From: Epiperipatus broadwayi
Lineage: Eukaryota > Animalia > Onychophora
Length of the DNA: 64,000 bases
Assembly (NCBI GenBank): GCA_028023455.1
Contig: JAQFVV010000005.1
Coordinates: 10,788,001 to 10,852,000, forward strand
Reading direction: 5' to 3'
Of this stretch, positions 12,379-26,498 are shown piece by piece. Below the pieces are notes generated by a model, which had not been told where the DNA came from, did not search any database, and worked only from the letters and a program-made list of their open reading frames with translations. Both the position numbers and the translations under genes were made by a program. Numbering within the stretch: the first letter of the stretch is position 1; each line of letters starts with the position of its first letter.

Positions 12379-15300
12379 CTTCAATGTATAATTCGATCTC
12401 ATCTCGTTTTCCCCGTTATAGTTTTTATCAATAATATTAATAATAAAGAAATAATATAGCATAATCTTTTAGTTTTCATATGGCATCTTAAATGAAATAT
12501 GTGGTAAAATCTTATAATCTGAGAATATGTGGTAATGGATAATATTATAATTCTGTGTAATATATTATATAATTAATTTATGACAATAATGATAATAATG
12601 ACAATGTAAATAAAATTTCTAAAATAAGTTGTATTAAGAAAATACTATAATTCTTAAATAATAATCTTATTTGTACTGTGCAAATATTATGTCTTGGTTC
12701 AAAATATCTGTAATCAATGTTTGCAATGTGGAAGAATTGATTCAACACATAAATTGATAAAAAACAAGTTTAACAAATTTTATTACAATATTTTCAACAA
12801 CAAATAAATTATTTACAATATTTACAGTCAACAAATTTTGGATAATTACAAATTTCAGCATCTCAAAATAAAATAAAATCTAAGCACCTAAGCCTTCACT
12901 CCGACTTAGAATGTAGAGTTTCAAAGATATTAGATACAATTGAATGACACTATAATATGTTTCCAACAAAATATACACCAATTGTGAAAACCATAAAACA
13001 AATTACAAAAAGATTACTTATTCTAATACATGTCTATTAATTTATTCTTAATTGTTTAGAATAACTTATCATGATAGTGCTGATGTTATTAAGCAAACAT
13101 ATATTTATTCTGGTTCATTAATAAAATAAGTGGACTCAATTAATAATATAATTATCATACATTATACATCCTACTTGGTATTACTTTAATATTAAAACTA
13201 TATGTAAGTGTTGATGCATTTCCTAAAACATAAAATAATATTTATAAAATATAATTACTTGTCCTATTTTATGTTGTTTCTTTAGATATACCACCTATTA
13301 AAAATATGCATTACATGTAAGTTTTAAAATATTTAAAATCATTCAAAAATTTCGTGAATAATTTTACTATCATTTATATACTTTCTTAAAAATAGTTTAC
13401 TAAAATATATAAATATTTTATGATTTTTTATCCTTATTTTACCTTTATTCCCAATCCCATTTGTATTTATTCTTAACACCATTCAAAGCAAGAAAACCCA
13501 TCTTATACTCTTCCAAATAACGATCCTTCTAATCCAAAATTATTTATCATTCTCCCTCAGAGATACAGTTCTGTACGATGTAATACTTAGAAATCATGAT
13601 AGTGATCAGATGCGTAGGTATGAAGAACAAATTAGAGTATTAACTCAATAGTACACACATACAAGATGGTCAACAGGGCAACAGTGCATAAAGAAAAGAG
13701 GCCTGACTTCTCTGTCTAATAACCTCCACTAGAATAACAATGTCCTAGCTATTTATTCAGTTTTTTGGAGCATTAATATTCAATATTAAGGGAAAACACT
13801 GTCCATGGAAATATACAAGTTACAGGGTTTTGTTATCTGTACCTGCATAATTACTAAGATAATAAAACTATTTCTATTCCCCATAAAAAAAAACCTACAA
13901 CAAAGCATCTCTTTGGTTTAATTTTAAATACTCCCAAGTCACCACCTTTTAAAATTTCTTTATAGATTTATCAGTATACATCGCCAAAAAATTCTTAAAA
14001 CATATTTCTAAAACAATAAATAAAATTCACATATAAAGTCAACGATCTAGATTATTCAACAAGAAAAGATTACTTCACTTTTAAGAACTTCTTGAACCAA
14101 AATACAAATGACAGGTATCGATATAATTAAAATCAATACTTCGAACATTTTAAAAAATAATAGAGTTCTTTTACGAAAGAATTATATAATTATATTCCAT
14201 TACATTGTACTATATCAGTAATATAAAATAAAAGTATGCATATTTTTTAATAAAAATCTAACTCCTATAAGTTTTATGTGTGTTTAATGTATTCACACAT
14301 ACTCATATGTTCATACAATAACATTATAAAAATACTTTGACAATCTAAAGGAAATAAAATAAATACATCATAAAAAAAATTAATACTTTACAATTATTAC
14401 CAAGTGATATTCTTTCTAGTTGATCACTGTTTGGATGTCTTCTTGGTCCACAATCAATAAAATATTGCATAATATAAACACTTATACTTAAAATATTAAA
14501 AACTTTAAAAATTACTAAGTATCCTTTATGAAAATTATAATATTATATTAGTAAATAATTAATTTTTTTATATGTAACTTTCCTATCTCTGATTATAATA
14601 AGAAAACTTAAAATTAATATTAATTCATAAATAAAAAAAATATAGCTACGTAAACTCCAGTCCACGATAAATACTCATTTAAAAAAAAAGTTCTTTATTT
14701 TTTCGGAATTTCATTATCACATCCTTGCAAACATTGAAACTCCCAAATGCATGCTGCTATGGCAACTGTCTTAACACTTGAAGACAACAATTCTGCTCCT
14801 AACACAATGCATGATCAGTTGATTCCAAAAAAAAAAATGAACGAAAATTTAAAAAAAAAATAAAAAGAGAAGTCGACCTTGAAAATCTGGATCCATTTGT
14901 AAAAATAATCACTAATCTGTTCTTGAAAGTTTATAAAAATAATAGTCTATTGTTTCTATTTTTCAGAACAGTGATTATTGAAGATGATTTCAACTTATAA
15001 TATTTAAAAATAATTCTCCAGAGTCTTCTCATCCCACCAAGATCCTATACTGGCTTTTAGTGTCTCTAACACAGCGATATGGCTTCGGGCATACATATAC
15101 ATAATTTTGCGCATTTTTTTTAGATATTCCAATAAATTAATATTTAACTATCTCACATAAAGTTAACATATAGAGTTCTACTGTCAGGATATTTTTTATT
15201 TATCCAAGGATATTTTCTCTTCAATTAATAATTTGCAATTATCTTTTTTTTTAAAAGTTATTAAATACATGTAGTCTTTTTTAAATAGTAAAGACTTATC

Positions 15301-16029
15301 ACATAAGATATTTTTTGGTAACTGTCTTCATTTTTCCATCATTTTAGAATGACAGTTTAAAATAAATTGTTTTAAAAAAAATGTTTTCTTCAAAAAGAAA
15401 TATCTGCAAATCTTATTAAAATGATATGCTTTCAAAATATTGAAGGATTAAAAGTTTTTTTTACCGTATTACTTGCAGGTTTTTTAAATAAAGCTATCTA
15501 TTTCCACATAAATGCATTTTTGCTTTTAATTTCTCATAAACTTTTCCGTTTAATTCCTCATACTATGTCCAAAATGTTAACTTGACTGATAAAATATTTT
15601 CATTTGTTAACAATATTAAAATTATATTTTTCATTAAAGATTGTACTTCCAGCATTTCTTTACACAGGTAGATACTTATTCTTGGTAGTTCCATTGTTAT
15701 TGCTATGTTAAGATTAAATTTTGATAAAACACTTGGTAAGGAATTTTAGTTGCTTAACAGTGCATAATTTAACTGAATAAATTTATAATTTATTTAAATA
15801 CTCTCTTTTTTAAAATAATGCAATTAGTATACTTTACTATTTTAAAATAAATTATTAGAGTTATTATAGCACTAAGTTGACTGATACAAAAGCACACTTG
15901 ACTAACAAAAAGCACACAAAAATAAGTGAGCATGTTTTAATATCAAAAAAAATTAATAACCTGATTGGCTGATTAAATTTTCATCTGATGGTCTGATTTA
16001 CATATCCAGCCAAAAGTGCACAATTAAAA

Positions 16030-18092
16030 TTAAAAAAATTAAATTTTATGACTCATTTTTTAAGACATTTCTCCAATTTGGCTTTACTTTCAACTGTGAT
16101 GGTAATAAACAACCTCTTTGTTTAATTTGCAATAATGTTTTGTCTATAGAGTATGAAACCATCAAAATTAAAAAAGCATTTTGAATCCAAGCATCCTTTA
16201 TATGTCAATAAACCAAAAGAATATTTCTAACGACTGTTAAAAACTTCAAATAAAGAAAAACAATATTTTGAGAAATTTATAACTGTTAATGAAAAATATT
16301 TACTGGCATCATATGAAGTTTCATATCTGATTGCTAAAAATAAAAAGCCATACACGTGTGCATTGGAGATCTTATATTATCTGCTGCTATTAAAATGGTA
16401 GAAATACTTCATTGATGAAATTCAGAAAATTCCTTTATTAAATGATACTGTCACTAATAGAATTTCTGAAATTAGCAATGACCAATTTAAGCAACTTATT
16501 ACTAGACTTAAATAAAGCCAAATATTTACAATTCAATAGGATGAAACATGATATTTCAAAAATAGCTCAATTATTAGTATTTTTCAGATACATTTATAAA
16601 GTAAACATTGAGGAAGAATTGCTATTTTGTCGTTCTTTGGAAGAACATACAAGAGGGGAAGACATGTTTAATAAAGTAGACAATTTTTTTAAAACTGAAG
16701 GTTTAGAATGAAAAAATTGCTTTGGAGTATGCATAGATGGTGCTAAAGCAATAACTGTTAAAAATAATGTTTTTAAATCATTTGTAGTAGACAATTTTTT
16801 AAAAACTGAAAGTTTAGAATGAAAAAATTGCTTTGGAGTATGCATAGATGGTGCTAAAGCAATAACTGGTAAAAATAATGTTTTTAAATCATTTGTTAAA
16901 GCTTCTGGTAATAATCATGTAACTTTTACACACTGCTTGATCCATCGAGAGGCCCTTGCAGCAAAAAAAAAAAAAGCAATGGAATTGAACGATGTGCTTC
17001 AGGATGCTATCAAAATTATAAATTTTATTAAAAGCTGTGTCCTTATCAGCCGTTTATTTTCAAATCTTTGTAATGACATTGACTCTGAATACAAAAATTT
17101 ATTATTACATGCAGAAGTAAGATGGGTGTCAAGAGGGCTAAGTTTAAGTAGATTGTTATTAAAAGAAGAAATTATTGTATTTTTAACGGAACAAAAATTG
17201 GATCTTGCTCCTCTTTTTCAAAATGACTTATGTCTATCAAAGCTGGGCTATTTGTCTGATATTTTTGAGAAGCTAAATGATCGTCTCTTCAAGGGAAAAA
17301 TAACAATTTTTTACTTTGAATGATAAAATTGAAGGTTTTATTAAAAAGATCAACATTTGGAATAGGGTGGAAAATGATTCATTGGAAATCTTTTCGACTA
17401 TCGACAATTTTATAATTGAAAAAAATAACTGTAAAACTTTAATTGCAAAAATTATTATAGATCATTTAAAAATCCTAGAAACACAGCTTTGCAAATACTT
17501 ATATCGAATTCAGATTTCAAAAAGTTATCTTGGATTCAAAGATCTTTTTTGATTGACATTAATGAGATTAATCATCTTTCATATAAAACCCAAGAGAAAA
17601 TTGCCGAGCTACCGAGTGACTGAAACTGAAAATTTGACTTTCCACAAAAATTCTTGACTGGATTCTGGATCGGAGCGAGGACTGAATTTCCCACAATTTC
17701 TGAAATGGCATTAAATGTTCTTCTGCCATTCAGCATCACACATTTATGTGAAATGACTTTTTCAGCTTTAATGTATATCCAAATATCATTCAACACTCAC
17801 GTTGAAGATGCTTTACGTCCAGCAGTATCAAATATTTCACCAAGATTTAATTTGTTAAGCAGCAAAAAAACAAGCACATCCGTCTCACGTGATTTTCTTT
17901 CATTAATTTTTATATACTTAAAATAAATCCTAAAACTACTTATTTTCATATGTATATTGTTTACCAAAAAAAAAAAAAAATTATTTTTGGGAATATTTAT
18001 TTCTATATCTATTTTGTATTTAATATCTGGGGTCGCGAAAAAATCTCGATGATAAAAAGTGGTCATAAATGAAAAAAGTTTAAGAAGCGCTA
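16030..18092 (+). mobile_element. Decayed hAT transposon, Buster/Charlie (ZBED5/SCAND3-like) group, copy 1
   Basis: Frameshifted peptides: QPLCLICNNVLS..MKPSKLKKHFESKHP, LLFCRSLEEHTRGEDMF, HCLIHREALAAK, LLLHAEVRWVSRG, LGYLSDIFEKLN, LLPFSITHLCEMTFSAL. Charlie-like 3' end aagtttaagaagcgcta followed by caaTAatc. 5' TIR not located. Confidence 0.92.
16676..16896 (+). repeat. 111-bp tandem duplication inside hAT copy 1
   Basis: Unit gtagacaattttttt...aaatcatttgt starts at 16676 and 16787, few substitutions. Confidence 0.9.
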
Positions 18093-18959
18093 CAATAATC
18101 AATGAAAAGTTCGCAAAATAAGTGCTTCCATCGGCACACACAATTTATACATTTATTTTAACCATGTCCGCTACAAACTTCTCTCTTGCGGTTTGGATAG
18201 TCTACTGTTATTTACTCTTTGTTGATAATAACCATTTCTGTACACAAACAAATACTTCTCCCCCGACGCGATTGCATTAAACTGTTTACAGCTTATAGTC
18301 ATTTATTACTGATCACTCTTTATTGATCTATTAACACTTTAATTCTACTCCCGAGCGTCTGTGTAGGGTTGTATGCAAATGCCTTTATTTGAATACAAAT
18401 TCTATTCCAATTAAATCTGTAGTTGAAATGATCTCTTTATAAATATTTTAGAAGAGTTTTCTCCATAGGGAATGTTTAGAAGTGAAAAAATCAGTGCGTA
18501 CTTATAAAAATAAATGATCTTTATTTACATATGTTTTTATACCACAAATATTCCACCTTCCAAATTATTAGTATTTTATTTTATTTCTGTAATTACTAAC
18601 ACTACGTAATTTAATTATAACTATCGGTATACCTAACTATCTTTAAATAATGCACTTTTCACAATGTTTTTTTTTTTTTAATCAGTCATGCAGTTGGGCC
18701 AAATATATTAAATCAGAAGCCAAAAAAAAAAAAAAACGTATCTAAACAATTTATGGCAAGACGATTAGAAATAAAGCTACTCTTTAATGACAAAGTTTTA
18801 GATTTTTGTATAGCAAACATTGTTAAAGTTTCTTTATCGTTATGTATTTATGTCTGAATATAAATAAAAAGGCTCATTTTTTTAAAACTAATTAAGGAAT
18901 TAAAAATTTAAATTAATTTTAAGCGTAAAAAATATACTTCAAAATTAATTTGGACAACT

Positions 18960-19450
18960 AAATCTAATAGAGGCCGCCACATGGCCTTTTGCGGCTGCGT
19001 ATTTTGCAGTATTATTGTATTTTTCTGAACAGTAATCAGACAAATCATAATTAAAATATAATACCTTTTAGATGTAGGCACGTTAAAAAAGTAATTTAAT
19101 TACTGCAGTTCATATTGTAAGGAAAACAACGGTAAGTAGTTTTCTGAAATCCAGCTTTGTCTTAAAAGATCTTTTCAAGTTTAATTCAAATGTCTTATTT
19201 ATTCTAATGCATTTTAATTCCTATATTTTAAGTAAAAGTATCGTATTCGTGGACTTTGTATCTTAATAATATAATTTTAAATATTACAATGAATTAATGC
19301 TAAAATGATTCTAAGTTGATAAATTCCATCGACACTGACAAACTACTTATTCTGGCTGCCTTTAGACAAAGAGCTCGAGAAAGTAAATAAGGTTTTGATT
19401 TAAGCTATACATGTAATTAATAAATTCTTAAATTTATTGCTCTAATGTAG
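18960..19450 (+). promoter_or_regulatory. Probable promoter / first exon region of ZNF gene 1
   Basis: Local CpG/GC enrichment; exact 12-mer aatagaggccgc shared with 42810; patchy homology to 42800-43250; donor-like G|GTAAGT at 19132. TSS is inferred. Confidence 0.5.
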
Positions 19451-19949
19451 GTAGTTTATTTTTTTGCTACCTTATTTTGAAGTATTTGATAATTTATTTT
19501 TTTCTTAGATCTTCGAAAATTCCGAAGTATTTTACTTTTTCGATATGTTAAGAACTTTTTCTACTGATTATATTCCGTTTATATTCTTGTTAAATGCATT
19601 ATAGTAAGTAATTAATAAATTTAAGAAGAAAAAAATTAAACTGTTGTTTCATAGTTGCTTATATATTCAGCAATGGATTTTTAAAAGTGAATTGACATAG
19701 AAATATCTTTTACGAAATTGTAGTTTTCACATTCCTGCCTAAATATTTATAAAGTTTTGCCTTTGTTTAAATATAGTAACAACAAAGAGTTAATTAAGAT
19801 AAGTGATTAAAGTGTAATTCTGAAAATAAGTGGCAAACTGAAAGTAAATACTAAAATAAAAATGCCTTTTATTTATAATAATTTAAAGCTAATGTTTTTA
19901 AAATTATATAAAAATGTCTTGAGCAACAATACAATAATCATATTGATTA

Positions 19950-20260
19950 CATTGCCACAGCTTTTCCTGAGCTGCCAGTTTTTGGTAGAGATGATGATGT
20001 TACCTTGTTATTATCCTCTTAGTTTTATATTTACAATAGCCATTCTATATTTCCACATGCATTTTATTGAGAAGACTAGATTTTCTGTCGTTGCTCTTGT
20101 TGAGTACTTGCTTTGTATATTTTTACTTTCTTCACAGTAAGTTTCTTCCATATTGTTGAGATATTTCAGCCACTTTTTTACAAAATGTTTAATGCTGATC
20201 CTAGAGTATATTTTATATGCTTGAGCTTTTAATGTAATATATTTCATCACTAGTACAGTA
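19950..20260 (-). mobile_element. Possible LINE RT remnant
   Basis: ORF 20011-20250 YKIYSRI...STRATTENLVFSIK loosely resembles LINE RT domains 1-2. Confidence 0.28.
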
Positions 20261-23200
20261 TTGATTTTTAATATATAAGTTACATGATTGTTGGAACTGT
20301 TTATTGATTGAGTGATGTAGCATTGTTGAAATGTGTGCTTTTAAAATACATAGCTTTAGTTGATAGATTTAATAAACATTATTACATAAGATCAATTGAG
20401 AAATCAAGATAAAAAGTTTAGATCTATATTTCTCTGATGTCAAATGCAAAAATTAGTATAAGTTGCATAAATCAGTAGTTAATTATTAATGCATTTAGTG
20501 TAAGATTGAGAGATGATAAATGATATTCAATTCCAATAATAATGAGAAATTCAGTGCCTTTAAAGCCATTCATTTTAAACATTCATGGTTGTTTTATTTC
20601 AATATTCAGTTGCCGACCTTAGATAAAATAGATAATTGTTTCTTCATATGCAGTTCAAACCTATCCTATTGTTATGATTTATTTAAATGAACTAATATAA
20701 TAAAGATAAAATGCAGCAAAAATAATTACATTATCTAATACCCCCCCCTCCATTATTTTTATTTGTAAAATTGATGTTATTGCAGAATTGAATATTTTAC
20801 TAAGGGAAAAATGATACATTTCACGAATGTTCTCTAATGAATAAATATGGCTATCATAACTCCAGAAAAAGAAAAAACAAATTCAAAAAGAGTTATATTA
20901 TTGCAAAACTAACCTGTGAACTCCAAAGATGTCCATATGTATCAGATGCTGTTTTTTTAGTTCATAAATAGATATTATGCAATTGCTTTTTTATTAACTA
21001 TTGTAGAAAATTTGTTTTTCTAGAAAACTACAATATCATGCCATATTATAAATATCCAATCATATTTTTCTTGTATATAATAAGTTGTTTCAATATCATA
21101 TTGATTTTATGATAATGCTATCACTTTTAGAATAATGCAAAGAAAGATTGAATGAAGTATTTTCAAATCATTATGATACATTGGGAAAAGGCTATATCTC
21201 ACTTCCATATCATATCTTTAGTAAAATAACTGCCTATATATTACTTAGTTGAAATAGTTAAATCTCTATGAAAAATAAGCTGCCTTTTCATCTGAACTAA
21301 TGCAATAGTATCATATTGAAGTATATGAATACTGACATTCGAGTTAAGGATGTTGACATTTATCATTTTGTTATTACTTTGGAGTTGTTTCATAAATAAA
21401 CATAAAAAATAATTAATTTAGTGAGAAAGAAAAATAATTCTAGTATATAATAAAAAGTATTTACTTTTTTCTATTAACTTTTATTTTTAATTTAATGACA
21501 ATTTATTCACAATCTGCAGAAATAATTTTGACATTTCTTAATGAGGTTATTTATTTATGTAACACGAAAACAGCTCTCTTGATAAGTCTATTCTTTTTAT
21601 GCTATTTTGATTTGGATGTCCTGTAAATAACCTTAATAAAGAACATGATTTTTTTTTTAAAAAGTGTTCTTTGGAGTGTCAAAATAAGATCCATTGCATG
21701 ATTTAAGTAGTAAGAGAAATGTAAATATCTCTATGTGACATGTCTGAGTTATGGGCAAACTTTTCAATCATCATTTAGTTTGCAGAGTGATTCAATAGAA
21801 ATTGTTATTATAAAATAATTTAAGCTATGACTTTTAAGTGAGTTATAATTTACAGTGAATATAATAAAAATATAAACTGTATTTTGGCCATGAGTTAAAA
21901 TAATTATTTTGATAGATAGTGATCTGAAGCAATGCAGATATTCATGGTGATATGGCGTTGAATAATGACATACATTTTTGTAATACCTCTTTAAATTTTG
22001 TAATCCTGTATCTTACATCTTAAGCAGTATCAATTTTCTTATATAGCAAAATAAATGTTAAGCATGTATTGTTCTTATTAATGTATGGAAAAAATAATTG
22101 AATCCATTTTTTTTAATACTTAAGTACAACATAATTAAATATTTAAGAACATTACCTATTAAACTGGATTACCTAATATAAAACATGAATTGCAAAACCT
22201 AAGCTGTTTTTGTATTTCTTGTACAGGTTCTATTGTATAATAAATATTGAACATCCATTTATATGTATAAAACTTGTATTTGCATAATGTGTACAGGTTT
22301 ATATATGTAATTGTGAACTTATGACTAACACATTTTAGTAAATTTTGTGTTTTTATACTAAGCTCTGTGGTCCTGATTAGTTGATGTTGCATAAATAATG
22401 TACTATCCAATCTAATTGAAATATATTTGTATGGATTCTGGCCATTTATTTTTTGAAAAATCCATAGTTATAATAATTTGTAAAATATTTTCTTGGGCGC
22501 TTTGGAGTTCTTAATGATGTTTTTCATTGTTATTTTGTTTTCTCTACTTATATTCTCTACATAAGGTCTTAATGGATCTTCTTTATTTGTCCTTTTTATT
22601 AATAACAAATTAAAAAAAGAGAGAGTTCTGTTGTTGAAGCAACTGAATGACAGACTTTTTTCTTATTGATAAAAATTTTTCAAATCAATAATAAATATTA
22701 TATTGATTAATAGATTTGTTGTTGATTATTCATCCTAGTAATTTCAAATTTCTTACTGTAGTTTTTATCCATTACTATAGTAACTAGTTTTCCTCATGAT
22801 CAATTTTTATCTTATTTAATCATTCATGAATATCTTTTAGGTATTGTCATTTCTTTATTCTTAACAAACACTCAAATATTGGTAATTTTGTTTTGAATCT
22901 ATTCTTACTTTCTAATCTACCTTATTATCAAATTTTTATACTATATGCCAATATATCCAAACATTCCTAATAAAAAAAAGAGCATAATTTATTTTAATAA
23001 GACATTGTAGAATTTTATATGTTTGACACAAATAACAATTTTATTATTATCTTAAACCATATATAGTCTTTTAAACTGGTATTGTTTGTTTTCATTCATT
23101 ATCCTTTATAGATTGATAATATTTTCTTGTTTTTTTTTTTCTTATCATTCTTTGATTCTAAATTATTTTTTTGACAGTTATATTGTCAGACTAATTCTGA

Positions 23201-24769
23201 AGTCTTTCAAAATAAATTAAAATATTTAGTACTGTTTGCAAATTACTTTAATGAAAACACTTTTTTTTCATTATATATATGATCAAAAGGTATTACACCT
23301 CATTATTTACAAAAATCATAGTTATACTTGTATTAATTGTTTTTTTTTTATTTAGGTTGGTAATTATGCATAATTGAAAATCACCAATTCTTAAATACCT
23401 CAAGCTACATGTGATCATTATGATTATTTTATCCTGGAAGCTGCAGTACAAATAAGCATTTTATAAGATTGTATTTTAGTGGATCATTGTAATATGTTGT
23501 TGGAAGTTTGACCAGATACAGGAATTTGCTCTAAATGTTACCATCTTGACTATCTCAAGTAATGTTACATTATGGAATATTCTTATTGTGTAATACCTTG
23601 TTTAAATAATCCATGAATTAGTACTATCAGTGACATCAACAAATACAATATTTTACCAGTGATGATTATTTATTTTTTGAGATTGAGAATTCATAGCTAT
23701 GATAGCCTAACATTACATCAAAAAATATAAAAAAACAATTGCCATTATAAAAATAATTTCTCAACTTTGTAATTTTAATAACATGGTTTTAAATCTGAAA
23801 AATAAAATATAAATAGCATGAAATGAGTTGATTTTACATATAAAATAATATTATAAAAATGAAGTGGCTATATTAAATAATCTGAAAAGAATTATCTGGA
23901 AATATATAAAGTATTTAAAAATAATTTAATTTGAAATTGACTGCATTGACAAAATTAATAAATTTTAACAATAATAAACAATGAATGAGTATTTATAAAA
24001 TTGAAATAATATCAATCATTCATATATAAGATTACATTAAAATAAAATTACCTAACTAGAAGACATGTAAAAAGAATTTTGGAATATTGCATTAAACATT
24101 ATTTTGACCTCTTATAGAAATGAAATACTTAATTTTTATTTGTTGTGGACAATACTGAAATCTACTAATATTATTGAGAACTCATTAGTTTTAAAACAAG
24201 ATTATATTTGCAGTTAAATATATATTTGTTATATTGTAAAAATGCTTTTAATAATTATGCAAAAGATTTTGAATAAGAAAATTTCTATTATAAGATATCA
24301 GTACGACTGCAATGTACTATTACTATTATTATTTCAGAGAAAGTAATGATATATAATCATTTAATTTTTTTTTCAATTAGGTAAATTATAAGCTTTAATC
24401 ATTCTTATTATGAAAAGATAAATAATTATTTTATTAAATATGTAACAAAACAAAAGCTTTGTTTAAAAGTTGTAGCTATTGTTCAGAAATGAAGGTACAA
24501 AATAATTTTATATAAAATATTATCATAGATTTGGAGCCAGACACATCTAAAGTTCTTAATTTTTTTTTTTTGTCTTCTTTTTAAGTCATAACTAATTTCT
24601 TCATTAAATTTATCATCTTTTTTCAACATTTATTTTTCATAATTCTTTTTCCACAATTCATACTCAGTATAATTATTCTTGTATTTGATAATTTTCTTAA
24701 TTAATCATTCATTTCAAGCAAATTCTTACAATTTACCTGTTCTAAATTTATACTTTAACAATTTCGCAT

Positions 24770-25277
24770 TTTGTTGAGAAAAGGAGTGTGTTTTCATTAC
24801 AAATCATCGTAGAAGAAAATGACATTTTGTAAATATATTTTGATCTATTGAAAATATTTAAGTGATGACAAAAAAATTTGTTGGAGTATCACAAATGAAT
24901 TAGTTATGTAAAACAATTGTGATTACAAAACTGCATTGGAAAGTGATTTAAAAAAACATGAAAACATTAATACATTTGAAAATCTTTTCTATAGCCATTT
25001 GTGTTATTACAAGATTGCCACAAAACAGGCTTAAAATGCAAGTAAGAATACATACTAGAGGTAAATCTTTGCAATGCAAATTTTGTAATTATAATGCTGC
25101 TGTGAAAATAAATTTAATAAAATATGAAAATACATACGTGATAAAAACTTTTCCACTACAGCTTGTGTGATTATAAAAGTGCTCTAGAAAAGTTTAAAAA
25201 TCCATGAAAGAAGATATGCAGGAGATATTATTTTCCACTACAGATGGTATAATTTTAAATCTGCTGAAGACTTAATA
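24770..25277 (+). pseudogene. Decayed, frameshifted C2H2 fingers upstream of ZNF gene 1 (about 5-6 units)
   Basis: Finger-like codon blocks at about 84-bp spacing: tgtgattacaaaactgca, HTRGKSLQCKFCNYNAAVKINLIKYENT, ttgtgtgattataaaagtgct, with stops and shifts. Confidence 0.8.
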
Positions 25278-26498
25278 ATGCATGAAAGATCACATACTGA
25301 GAAAAATTATTTCCAATGCAAGTTTTGTAATTATAACTCAAGTCATAAAAGCAGGTTAATAGAACACGAAAGAACACATACCGGCGAAAAACCTTTCCAC
25401 TGTAAATGGTGTGATTATGGAACTGCTGTAAAACAGTACTTAAAATTACACGAAAGGAAACACACAGGAGAAAAACCTTTTTCTTGTAAATTGTGCGATT
25501 ACAAATCTGCTGTAAAACAAACGCTAAAAATGCATGAAAGAACTCATACCGGAGAAAAACCGTTCCAGTGCAATTTTTGTAATTATAAGAGCACTAATAA
25601 AAATTCTTTAAGAGAACATGAATCAACACATACAGGCGAAAAACCTTTCCATTGCAGCTTTTGTGATTATAAGACTGCCTTAAAAAGAAATTTAAAGTGC
25701 CATGAAAGAACACATACAGGAGAAAAACCTTTCAATTGTGACTTTTGTAATTATAAAACAGCTAATAGTAAAAGTCGACTGAAAGAACATGAAAGAATCC
25801 ATACAGGAGAAAAACCTTTCCATTGCAAATCATGTGATTACAAATCTGCTATGAAACAATGTTTAAAAATACATGAGAGAACACATATAGAAGAAAAAAT
25901 TTCCCATTGTAAATTGTGTGATTTCAATTCTGCTGGAAAACATAGTTTAAAACAGCATGAAATAACACATACAGATGATAAATCTTTCCATTGCATTTCT
26001 TGTAATCATAGATCAACCAGTAAAAGTCAATTAAAAGAACATGATTTAGCTCATACCGGAGAACATGTTTTCCACTGCAAATTGTATAAGATTGCTCTAA
26101 AAGAAAGATTAAAAATTCATGAAAAAATTACACAAACAGAAAGACAACTTTTTCATTGCAATTGCTGTGATTATAAGACTTCTATAAAAAATAACTTAAC
26201 AAAACATGAAAAAATATCTAGCAAAAAAACTCCTCTCTATAGTAGTTTATGTGTTGTTAAGAAACAAGCTTCTCAACGTTCTTTGATAAATCATAAAAAA
26301 CATATTTCTGGTTTATATTCTCTAAAACCTAGTCATAATAAACAGAAATGGAAATACATGCAGGATTGTCATAGTACTGAAGTTTTCAAGTGTCGTTTAT
26401 GTGCCTATGAAGATTCTGAGAAATGTGTTATTGCAAAGCATGAAGCTAATCATTTCACTGGCTATGATACTATTGAGATCCGCATACAACTCGTGTAA
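25278..26498 (+). CDS. Tandem C2H2 zinc-finger protein, 406 aa (ZNF gene 1)
   Basis: 9 tandem fingers (one with 13-residue spacing) with TGEKP-type linkers, 2-3 degenerate fingers, then an isolated terminal finger CRLC-x12-HEANH. True start may differ if upstream exons are coding. Confidence 0.93.
   Translation: MHERSHTEKNYFQCKFCNYNSSHKSRLIEHERTHTGEKPFHCKWCDYGTAVKQYLKLHERKHTGEKPFSCKLCDYKSAVKQTLKMHERTHTGEKPFQCNFCNYKSTNKNSLREHESTHTGEKPFHCSFCDYKTALKRNLKCHERTHTGEKPFNCDFCNYKTANSKSRLKEHERIHTGEKPFHCKSCDYKSAMKQCLKIHERTHIEEKISHCKLCDFNSAGKHSLKQHEITHTDDKSFHCISCNHRSTSKSQLKEHDLAHTGEHVFHCKLYKIALKERLKIHEKITQTERQLFHCNCCDYKTSIKNNLTKHEKISSKKTPLYSSLCVVKKQASQRSLINHKKHISGLYSLKPSHNKQKWKYMQDCHSTEVFKCRLCAYEDSEKCVIAKHEANHFTGYDTIEIRIQLV

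Noticed and set aside
15019-15035. cagagtcttctc as the 5' TIR of hAT copy 1
   Set aside because: No matching 8-bp TSD and an imperfect match to the 3' terminus.
21000-23150. Minus-strand LINE-like peptide traces (YGSEI, GYIG)
   Set aside because: Isolated 4-5 residue matches out of domain order; cannot be supported.
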